Shown here in pieces: positions 1 through 6,590 of a DNA stretch of 34,269 bases. The notes beneath the pieces were generated by a model that was not told the DNA's origin, ran no database searches, and saw only the letters and a list, made by a program, of their open reading frames with translations. Source of the DNA: a virus (taxonomy: Duplodnaviria > Caudoviricetes); IMG/VR virus record IMGVR_UViG_3300047474_000368, positions 1-34,269 of that record; one strand, given 5' to 3'. Numbering within the stretch: the stretch's first letter is position 1; each line of letters starts with the position of its first letter. A program made the position numbers and the translations under genes.

Positions 1-111
1 AGAAAGCTAAGGATTCATTCCCTCACCTTAAATTATTATTTGAATATAAATATGGTAAGCCAGAAGATCAAGATATGAATGAAGGAAAACCTAAAGTGAA
101 TATAAACATTA
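1..111. repeat. Terminal direct repeat copy 1 (assembly overlap of a circular contig)
   Basis: Identical to 34159-34269; lies inside an ORF that reads through the junction. Confidence 0.95.
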
Positions 112-191
112 AGAATTTATTCGCAGGGAATCAAGATGATGACACTGAGAATGATGACCCAGATATAATTGATATTACAGATGAAGGATGA
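1..191 (+). CDS. 3' part of the putative terminase small subunit (wraps from 33939)
   Basis: Frame starting at base 3 continues KAKDSFPHLKLLFEYKYGKP...DIIDITDEG to TGA at 189-191; directly upstream of terL. Confidence 0.65.
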   Translation, partial: KAKDSFPHLKLLFEYKYGKPEDQDMNEGKPKVNINIKNLFAGNQDDDTENDDPDIIDITDEG

Positions 192-333
192 TATGCCACA
201 TAACTTTTGGGATTACGGTATCAACCCTATACTAGGTTATAGATATATGCCAGACGGTAAAAGTAAACCAGTTAGATTTAGAGAGGAAAAGAACAACAGA
301 AAGAACAATGTCAGTACCACAACTAAATCCTAA
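181..333 (+). CDS. Small hypothetical protein, 50 aa (MKDDMPHNFWDYGINPILGYRY...)
   Basis: Manually translated; fills the gap between terS and terL with overlaps at both ends. Confidence 0.55.
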   Translation: MKDDMPHNFWDYGINPILGYRYMPDGKSKPVRFREEKNNRKNNVSTTTKS

Positions 334-1513
334 GTATCAAGCCTTAGGTAATGATAGTCGGTACTTTGTTGTAACCGGTGGTAGAGGTAGTGGTAAGTCA
401 TTTGCTGTAGGGGCATTCTTAGCCCTCCTAACGATGGAACAAGGTCATAAGATACTCTTCACTAGGTATACTATGAGTTCGGCTTCTACATCCATTATTC
501 CAGAGTTTATAGAAAAGATAGAGTTGTATGGTATCTCTGAACATTTTAGGATAACTAAAGATGAGATACTAAATATGTCCACAGGGAGCTCTATTATCTT
601 CAAAGGTATAAAGACCTCAGCAGGTAATCAAACGGCAGCTCTGAAGTCCTTACAAGGTATTACAACGTTTGTATTGGATGAAGCGGAGGAACTTATTAAT
701 GAAGATGACTTCGACAAGATAGATCAGTCTGTAAGGGCTAAAAATAAACCCAACAGAGTTATCCTTATATTAAACCCTACAACTAAGGAGCACTGGATAT
801 ATCAAAGGTTCTTTGCTGCTAAAGCTGTTAATGGTGGACACAATGGTTGGAAGGATAATGTAACTTATATTCACACTACGTTCAAGGATAATATGGAGCA
901 TCTATCTGATTCCTTCCTTATGCAGATAGAAGAGATTCGTAGACGTAGACCAGATAAATATAATCACCAGATACTCGGTGGTTGGTTAGATAAAGCTGAT
1001 GGTGTTGTATTCACTCGTTGGACTATTGGACCATTCAATGAATATGCCCCTTATATATATGGGCAAGATTTTGGGTTCTCAGTCGATCCTACCGTTCTAC
1101 TGAAGGTAGCTATTGATAAGGATAGGAAGAAGATGTGGTTAAAGACAATGTACTGTAAGGTTGGGTTATCTACTAAAGAGATAGGGGAACTCAATAGGAG
1201 ACACGCAAAAGAAGAGGTTATCATCTGTGATTCAGCAGAGCCTAGATTGCTCCAGGAGCTCAAAGTATATTGTAATGTCAAACCTGCAATAAAGAGGCAG
1301 GGTAGTATCTTAACCGGTATAGCGTTAATACAAGACTTTGATTTGATTATTGATCCAGACTCCTTAGAACTTATAAAGGAACTCAATAACTATGTATGGC
1401 ACAGTAGGAATGAAAGGCCAATAGATAAATGGAATCACCATATGGATAGCCTACGTTATGCAGCTCAATACTTCCTTGCTAATGCAAACAAAGGGAGTTA
1501 TGTTATCCGGTAG
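308..1513 (+). CDS. terL: Terminase large subunit (PBSX/Terminase_3-like)
   Basis: Walker A TGGRGSGKS, Walker B FVLDEAEE, LNP coupling motif, nuclease motifs GQDFGF..DP, DSAEP, HHMDSLRY. Confidence 0.95.
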   Translation: MSVPQLNPKYQALGNDSRYFVVTGGRGSGKSFAVGAFLALLTMEQGHKILFTRYTMSSASTSIIPEFIEKIELYGISEHFRITKDEILNMSTGSSIIFKGIKTSAGNQTAALKSLQGITTFVLDEAEELINEDDFDKIDQSVRAKNKPNRVILILNPTTKEHWIYQRFFAAKAVNGGHNGWKDNVTYIHTTFKDNMEHLSDSFLMQIEEIRRRRPDKYNHQILGGWLDKADGVVFTRWTIGPFNEYAPYIYGQDFGFSVDPTVLLKVAIDKDRKKMWLKTMYCKVGLSTKEIGELNRRHAKEEVIICDSAEPRLLQELKVYCNVKPAIKRQGSILTGIALIQDFDLIIDPDSLELIKELNNYVWHSRNERPIDKWNHHMDSLRYAAQYFLANANKGSYVIR

Positions 1514-1539
1514 TGTAAACCCTTTACACTTTACACTTT

Positions 1540-1681
1540 CTTAAACGCAGTGGGTTGTGATTTGTGAAATCACTTTCTTAAACATAGTAGGTTCTTAAAC
1601 GCAATACCCTCTTGAACGCAGTAGGTTGTGTTTCCACAAACCACCTTCTTAAACGCAGTAGGTTCTTAAACGCAGTAGGTT
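1540..1681 (+). repeat. Six copies of a 17-bp unit CTTAAACGCAGTAGGTT with two 20-bp spacers
   Basis: Copies start at 1540, 1577, 1594, 1611, 1648, 1665 (the last two are exact); spacers 1557-1576 and 1628-1647. Confidence 0.9.
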
Positions 1682-1691
1682 CGGTTCTCAC

Positions 1692-1751
1692 TGTTGTACC
1701 TACAACTGTTGTCACTACAAATGTTGTCACTACAATTGTTGTTGATACAAT
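1692..1751 (+). repeat. Four tandem 15-bp units TGTTGTnnnTACAAn, each quasi-palindromic (TTGT-N4-ACAA)
   Basis: tgttgtacctacaac / tgttgtcactacaaa / tgttgtcactacaat / tgttgttgatacaat. Confidence 0.9.
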
Positions 1752-1896
1752 CAAGGTTGATATTTTTTGAGTTTTCATTTGGTAAACTTTGGAAACTATT
1801 GAACCAAAAAAAACTGTGTTAAGGCTTGCACAATAAAAAAGTTTTTATTATTCGCGTGCGTACCTTAATTATATAAAGGAAAATATTTTTTCTTTA

Positions 1897-1929
1897 TTTG
1901 TTGGATATTAACAAAATTGTTTATATTTG
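1897..1929 (+). promoter_or_regulatory. Bacteroidota housekeeping-sigma promoter for the early operon
   Basis: TTTG (1897-1900)-N21-TATATTTG (1922-1929) matches the -33/-7 consensus; 26 nt before ATG 1956. Confidence 0.8.
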
Positions 1930-1955
1930 TATTGAATAACAATAAAAACTAAATT

Positions 1956-2120
1956 ATGAATACACAAACACAAACACAAACAGAGGATAAAATCCTAAAC
2001 TTTATTGACGGGCCATTGACCAAAATTTTAATCTTTGCCGTTATCGGTTGCCTTGTTGCAATTGTATTTTATAACGGTTTAATTCAGGGCGGATTTTCTT
2101 CCGGTTCCTGGGGCCTTTAA
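1956..2120 (+). CDS. Small membrane protein, 54 aa (MNTQTQTQTEDKILNFIDGPLTKILIFAVIGCLVAIVFY...)
   Basis: Manual translation; one hydrophobic helix; first ORF after the promoter; in-frame (ACACAA)n microsatellite. Confidence 0.7.
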   Translation: MNTQTQTQTEDKILNFIDGPLTKILIFAVIGCLVAIVFYNGLIQGGFSSGSWGL

Positions 2121-2147
2121 TTATTAACTATTTTAAACTTTATCAAA

Positions 2148-2495
2148 ATGAAAACAGCAAAAGAAATACTTAAAGAAATGAATTCAGGCAAAATATTTAC
2201 AGCTCAATTCATTAAAAAGGACGGGACGCCCCGCACAATTACAGCCCGTACCGGAGTTAAAAAAGGTAATAAAGGTATCGGGCTTAGTTTTGACCCTATT
2301 GCTAAAAACCTTTTACCGGTTCTTGATATGGAACTTAGCAAAAAGGTTGACGATATTAATAAAGCAAAAAGGTTTATTAATTTAAGTACAGTTATTTGGG
2401 TCCAGGTTGACGGCATCAAGTATTGGGTCTCGGATCTGGTAATTGATGAAAGTATAAAAAACATTAAGGAACTAAATAAAACTATATTAAAATGA
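2148..2495 (+). CDS. SH3-like beta-barrel early protein (WYL_2/DUF2693-like)
   Basis: FTAQFIKKDGTPRTITARTGV matches the F-x-KKDG-x-x-R pattern of this phage family. Confidence 0.6.
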   Translation: MKTAKEILKEMNSGKIFTAQFIKKDGTPRTITARTGVKKGNKGIGLSFDPIAKNLLPVLDMELSKKVDDINKAKRFINLSTVIWVQVDGIKYWVSDLVIDESIKNIKELNKTILK

Positions 2496-2626
2496 AAAAC
2501 AGAGAAATTACCAAAAGAGTAGCTGAAAATATAGTCGACTCAATTTATGAACATATTGACGAATTAACACAAACAGACGAGCAATTCATAGCCGTCTTAT
2601 CGGAAATTAAAAAATTACTAAAATGA
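2492..2626 (+). CDS. Micro-ORF, 44 aa (MKNREITKRVAENIVDSIYEHIDEL...)
   Basis: ATGA overlaps with both neighbouring genes. Confidence 0.65.
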   Translation: MKNREITKRVAENIVDSIYEHIDELTQTDEQFIAVLSEIKKLLK

Positions 2627-3375
2627 AAAAGTACACTATTCCAAAAAACCTTTTAAGCAAAGGAATAACAAACGCCAAAACTAAAAAGAATAGTTTAAAG
2701 ACGTTTATTTTATACCTTGCCCCATATAACCAAAACGCAAAGAAAATAAACCTTTGTCCAATGGCCTCAAAAGGCTGTGCTGCTGCTTGCTTATTTACAG
2801 CGGGCCGCGGTAAATTCTCAAATGTACAGAGCTCTAGAATTAATAAGACAAATTACTTTATTTATAATAAAAGTTTATTTATTAAACAGCTCGCAAAAGA
2901 AATAGTAAGGGAAACGGCAAAAGCTGAAAAGATAGGGGAAAAAATAGCCTTTAGATTAAATGGGACCAGTGACCAAGATTTTGTAGCATTGCTCAAAAAA
3001 TATGCTAATTTAAATATTAAAGATTTGCAGCCCTTTGCAATTTTTTATGACTACACTAAAATTTTAGGTAAAGTAAAAAAGTATAAAGGCCACCCTAACT
3101 ATTTTTTGACTTTTAGTAGGGCTGAAGATAACGAGTCCGCGGCTATTGCAGCTTTAAACGACGGTTCAAACGTTTCAATAGTTTTTAACGGGGAGCTCCC
3201 TAATTATTGGCGGGGCTTTAAAGTTATTGACGGGGACACGTCGGACCTTATAATGGTATACAATAGAAACGTTGTCCTGGGCCTAAGGGCAAAAGGTGAC
3301 GCACGCAAAGACAAAAGCGGCTTTGTAGTGACGGCCCCAATAGAACAAAGAAAAAAACAATTAATTAAACTTTAA
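2623..3375 (+). CDS. GP88-family protein (radical-SAM-like, Cys triad)
   Basis: LCPMASKGCAAACL Cys cluster, RLNGTSD, YDYTK and IDGDTSD motifs. Confidence 0.75.
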   Translation: MKKYTIPKNLLSKGITNAKTKKNSLKTFILYLAPYNQNAKKINLCPMASKGCAAACLFTAGRGKFSNVQSSRINKTNYFIYNKSLFIKQLAKEIVRETAKAEKIGEKIAFRLNGTSDQDFVALLKKYANLNIKDLQPFAIFYDYTKILGKVKKYKGHPNYFLTFSRAEDNESAAIAALNDGSNVSIVFNGELPNYWRGFKVIDGDTSDLIMVYNRNVVLGLRAKGDARKDKSGFVVTAPIEQRKKQLIKL

Positions 3376-3379
3376 TAAA

Positions 3380-3505
3380 ATGAAAATAATAATTGATAAA
3401 GAATACATAAATTATATAAAAGATAAAAGGGAAAGTAAAAAAGAAAAACTATTCCTTTCACTTGATAATAGATACAATAAATTTGGAACCTTAAACAAAT
3501 ACTAA
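3380..3505 (+). CDS. Micro-ORF, 41 aa (MKIIIDKEYINYIKDKR...)
   Basis: Manual translation; tight operon packing. Confidence 0.5.
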   Translation: MKIIIDKEYINYIKDKRESKKEKLFLSLDNRYNKFGTLNKY

Positions 3506-3506
3506 A

Positions 3507-3638
3507 ATGAAAATAGATATAAGGAGCGAAAAAAGTTTATATATAATAATTGATAAGCATACATATTATATAGATAACTCAACAAATGAGCAAATAGTAA
3601 CAATATATAAAACTAAAGAAAATGGAAAATATTTGTAG
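3507..3638 (+). CDS. Micro-ORF, 43 aa (MKIDIRSEKSLYIIIDKHTYYIDNSTNEQIV...)
   Basis: Manual translation; 1-nt gap after the previous stop. Confidence 0.6.
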   Translation: MKIDIRSEKSLYIIIDKHTYYIDNSTNEQIVTIYKTKENGKYL

Positions 3639-3759
3639 CTGTTGCAATAAAGAAAACGAAAGGGACAATTTTTTATGCTCCTATTGCGGTTTTTATTTAG
3701 ATATGGCAATAAGTTTAAACGAATACGGTTTACCCGAAATAAAAGATAAAACACAATGA
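3622..3759 (+). CDS. Zinc-ribbon micro-protein, 45 aa
   Basis: MENICSCCNKENERDNFLCSYCGF contains two CxxC pairs. Confidence 0.65.
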   Translation: MENICSCCNKENERDNFLCSYCGFYLDMAISLNEYGLPEIKDKTQ

Positions 3760-3890
3760 AATATATTAAGAGACTAGCACAAAGTTTTTACACTGTTGAA
3801 CTTGACAACAAGTTTTATATATCAAATCAAAACGGCTTTAGTAAAAGGATATCATTTGACCAATTCGACAAACTAAACACTAAAGAATAA
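3756..3890 (+). CDS. Micro-ORF, 44 aa (MKYIKRLAQSFYTVELDNKFYISNQNGF...)
   Basis: ATGA overlap; ends just before the terminator. Confidence 0.55.
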   Translation: MKYIKRLAQSFYTVELDNKFYISNQNGFSKRISFDQFDKLNTKE

Positions 3891-3922
3891 AAGCACTTTT
3901 TTCAATTTGGTTTTTGTTTGTT

Positions 3923-3959
3923 TACCCTCTAGGATTAATTTTCTAGGGGGTATTTTTTT
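3923..3959 (+). terminator. Intrinsic terminator of the early operon
   Basis: TACCCTCTAGGA-ttaatt-TTCTAGGGGGTA stem (G:U pairs) followed by T7. Confidence 0.85.
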
Positions 3960-4131
3960 GTACCTATATTTTATTAATGAATTGAAAATGAATGTAAGTA
4001 TTTAAAAAGGTAGTGCCGAAGGCTTCTTTTTCAGCCCCTCTAACAGACTTTCTCTAATCCTGGGAGGTATTATATGCAATAACCCGAGATAACGCCTTAA
4101 AACGGCTCTATTGACGTGATATGAATTGCTA

Positions 4132-4213
4132 GTAGGTTGAGGTAAGAGGTGTTAAAAAATCATCGTAAAATGAAGGTGGGGTAGGTTGAGGTATTGAGTG
4201 TTAAAATTTCATC
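4132..4213 (+). repeat. Two 33-bp imperfect direct repeats, 49-bp period
   Basis: 4132-4164 vs 4181-4213, 27/33 identical, both starting GTAGGTTGAGGTA. Confidence 0.85.
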
Positions 4214-5006
4214 AACTTTTGGGATTGTGCAGTACATATCTTTTTTTAGAATACGATTTTGTTATACCATTAAAGAAGTACCATAAACTATTTTGCCTAA
4301 CACCTAATTTATCAGAAAGAGTTATTATAGAATGTCTTTCTATTTCATTTGTTTTTGTGTCTAGTATGTATTTGAAAGTGTGTTGATTTTCCCTATTAGC
4401 CTCTAAAATATATCTATTATAAACTTTTTTACTTCTACCGCAAAATAATGCATCTGCGGTGGTTAAGGCACATCCTGTATTTTCCACAAGTTCATTCTTA
4501 CTCCAATTATAAACTTCAAGTGTTTTTAAATCTAATATATTTACTTTAACATCTCTAAAATAAACTGTTTTATTATACTTAGGTTTGTATTTTATAATAT
4601 ATTTTTTTTCATATTCGTCTAAAAGATTATCTGAACTTAAGGCTATATAATATACAGAATCGAAATCCTTATCTTTTATATGCTCATTAATTCTGTTTAA
4701 TATATTGCTGTTACTTTTTCCTACATATACTAAAACATTTTTATTAAGTAGAAAATATAAAAAACAATTTCTATTTCGTTTAATATCCCTAATTACAGAT
4801 TTAATAGTAATCTTTTTATAAGACTCTTTACTGAATAAAGGCCTACCTGCATCTTTTTTAGCTTTAGCAAACAAATTTAATGCTTCATTCTTTTCAATAA
4901 ATTTCAATCTATTTTCTTTAACGCATTTTTTACAATTGCCTACAGCATATCTTTCTGTAACTTCATTACAATTATTGCAATATTTATCTGGATATTTTGA
5001 TTTCAT
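4212..5006 (-). CDS. Free-standing GIY-YIG endonuclease with N-terminal zinc finger
   Basis: FLYFL...VYVGKS...RINEH...E...I..YKPKYN pattern; CNNC..CKKC; the only convincing minus-strand gene. Confidence 0.75.
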   Translation of the reverse strand: MKSKYPDKYCNNCNEVTERYAVGNCKKCVKENRLKFIEKNEALNLFAKAKKDAGRPLFSKESYKKITIKSVIRDIKRNRNCFLYFLLNKNVLVYVGKSNSNILNRINEHIKDKDFDSVYYIALSSDNLLDEYEKKYIIKYKPKYNKTVYFRDVKVNILDLKTLEVYNWSKNELVENTGCALTTADALFCGRSKKVYNRYILEANRENQHTFKYILDTKTNEIERHSIITLSDKLGVRQNSLWYFFNGITKSYSKKRYVLHNPKS

Positions 5007-5040
5007 AATATAAATATAATAAAAAAATCAAGGGGTATTG

Positions 5041-5076
5041 AAAAAGCCCCCTGAAAGAGCTAAAACAGGAGGCTTT
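5041..5076 (-). terminator. Minus-strand intrinsic terminator
   Basis: AAAGCCUCCUG / CAGGGGGCUUUUU; one position pairs (G:U) only on the minus strand. Confidence 0.75.
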
Positions 5077-5124
5077 GCAAATAACTAAAAACTAAGAATA
5101 TAAACTTTGGTCGGTTACATATTC
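5041..5124 (-). ncRNA. Candidate ~85-nt small RNA
   Basis: TATATTTG -7 box at 5137-5130 (minus strand), no ORF, ends at the terminator. Confidence 0.5.
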
Positions 5125-5169
5125 TGTATCAAATATAATAAAAGTATTTTAAATAAAAAGGATGATTTG

Positions 5170-5270
5170 AAAAAAGAATGTATTTACCCTTCTCTGAATA
5201 AAAGCGTTGTGATAATCTAAGGTCTAGTTAAAGGTTTAGGGGTCTCTGTAGGAGCCCCTATTGATTATCT
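5170..5270 (-). ncRNA. Candidate ~100-nt structured late RNA
   Basis: Downstream of a minus-strand late-type promoter; GAUAAUC/GAUUAUC stem encloses a UAGGGG-CUC/GAG-CCCCUA hairpin; U-rich end. Confidence 0.4.
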
Positions 5271-5277
5271 ATAGATA

Positions 5278-5299
5278 TAACTGAATATTTACAAAGTGT
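5278..5299 (-). promoter_or_regulatory. Putative late promoter, divergent copy
   Basis: Reverse complement reads ACA-ctttgtaaatattc-AGTTA (N14). Confidence 0.55.
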
Positions 5300-5317
5300 T
5301 TTATTTTGCATTCTAGT

Positions 5318-5340
5318 ACAGAACAGTTATTGTTTAGTTA
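5318..5340 (+). promoter_or_regulatory. Putative late promoter (leaderless)
   Basis: ACA-N15-AGTTA-N7-ATG(5348). Confidence 0.65.
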
Positions 5341-5347
5341 TATAGGT

Positions 5348-6052
5348 ATGAGTCAAAAGTTTACTTTAGAAGTACCCAAAGAATTATCCGCTATCACACT
5401 ACAGCAGTATCAGAAGTATCTAAAAGTTATGGAAGGTAATGAGGATGCTGAAGATACAGAGTTTATTAATCTAAAGGTATTAGAGATATTCTGTGGGGTG
5501 ACAATGAAGGAGGCTTATAAATTACCACTAGCAGAGTTTTCATTTATCATAAACCACATTGTAGAGATATTTAAGGAGGATACTCCATTGCAAAGGGACT
5601 TTACATTAACCGACCCAAAAGGGGATAGTGTAACCTTCGGGTTCATCCCTAAGCTAGATGATATTAGTCTAGGTGAGTTTATTGACTTAGATAATTATAT
5701 AGGTGATTGGCAGGAGATACATAAGGCAATGGCGGTGCTATATAGACCAATAACATTCCGTAAAGGGGATTTGTATTTGATAGAGGACTATGAAGGTTCA
5801 GATAAGTATGCTGAGGTAATGAAGGATGCTCCGGTAAATGTAGCTTTAGGTGCAGTTGTTTTTTTTTATCGTTTAGGGAACGTTTTGTCGAGTTATTTAC
5901 TGGACTCTTTGACGCAGAAGTTGAAGAAGGACCCGGAACTAATAAAGGATTTGGAGCAAAATGGGGATGGTATCAATCAATATACGCAATCGCTAGAGGA
6001 GATGTCACAAAATTTAAAGAGATTACAAAACTATCAGCTTCCGAATGTCTAA
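5348..6052 (+). CDS. Tail assembly chaperone-like protein, zero-frame product, 234 aa
   Basis: ATG 5348 preferred over TTG 5306; acidic helical protein with a T9 slippery run at 5859-5867. Confidence 0.6.
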   Translation: MSQKFTLEVPKELSAITLQQYQKYLKVMEGNEDAEDTEFINLKVLEIFCGVTMKEAYKLPLAEFSFIINHIVEIFKEDTPLQRDFTLTDPKGDSVTFGFIPKLDDISLGEFIDLDNYIGDWQEIHKAMAVLYRPITFRKGDLYLIEDYEGSDKYAEVMKDAPVNVALGAVVFFYRLGNVLSSYLLDSLTQKLKKDPELIKDLEQNGDGINQYTQSLEEMSQNLKRLQNYQLPNV

Positions 6053-6120
6053 CCTGGTTAGAGTTTGAGAAGGAGAAGAATGACTTAGAGGCTAAAATGA
6101 TAAAACAAAAGACTAAATGA
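5866..6120 (+). CDS. -1 frameshift extension of the chaperone (84 aa; fusion ~257 aa)
   Basis: Open -1 frame LSFRERF...FGAKWGWYQSIYAIARGD...KQKTK, ending in an ATGA overlap with the next gene. Confidence 0.7.
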   Translation, partial: LSFRERFVELFTGLFDAEVEEGPGTNKGFGAKWGWYQSIYAIARGDVTKFKEITKLSASECLTWLEFEKEKNDLEAKMIKQKTK

Positions 6121-6590
6121 GACAAGTATACACCGTAATACAAAAGCTAAACGACAAACTCAAAGAGAATGGAATTACTAATACAGTCACCTTCGGGGAT
6201 ATATTGGAGGTTGATTTGGACAAAACAACTATCTATCCACTATCCCATATATCAATGGGGGATGTCGTATTCTCACCACATATCATAACCGCTACTATAC
6301 AAGTATTTTGCTTAGATGTAGTTGATAAGACTAATGATCTAACTGACGAAGACCTCATCTACGGTAATGACAATCTACAAGATATATTAAACACTCAATT
6401 ACAAGTTGTAAATGACATACAGCAAGAGTTGAGGAGGGGTGAGCTGTTTAGTGATAAACTACAAATAAACACTGACATAACCGCTTCACCATTTATAGAT
6501 AACTTTGAGAATCAGTTAGCCGGTTGGGCAGCCACAATAGATATTGAGATGGCTAATAACGAACACACTATTTGCCCCCCTGAAGAATAA
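6117..6590 (+). CDS. Tail terminator-like / neck protein
   Basis: Size, acidic composition, YPLSHI...FIDNFENQLAGW pattern and position. Confidence 0.5.
   Translation: MRQVYTVIQKLNDKLKENGITNTVTFGDILEVDLDKTTIYPLSHISMGDVVFSPHIITATIQVFCLDVVDKTNDLTDEDLIYGNDNLQDILNTQLQVVNDIQQELRRGELFSDKLQINTDITASPFIDNFENQLAGWAATIDIEMANNEHTICPPEE

Noticed and set aside
1-111. Biological terminal repeat
   Set aside because: Falls mid-gene and its odd length fits an assembler k-mer overlap better than a physical terminus.
1540-1681. Mini-CRISPR array
   Set aside because: Units are only 17 bp and mostly abut without spacers; the two spacers are self-palindromic; no cas genes or leader.
1578-1778. 66-aa minus-strand ORF
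   Set aside because: Its repetitive peptide simply mirrors the 15- and 17-bp DNA repeats; no supporting promoter or context.
4022-4110. Long imperfect hairpin or single-strand origin (AGCC...TCTC / GAGA...GGCT)
   Set aside because: Only short 4-bp complementarities with many mismatches; cannot be supported without covariation data.
5306-5347. TTG start extension of the chaperone gene
   Set aside because: This stretch is the putative promoter; ATG 5348 fits the 7-nt spacing seen at two other genes.
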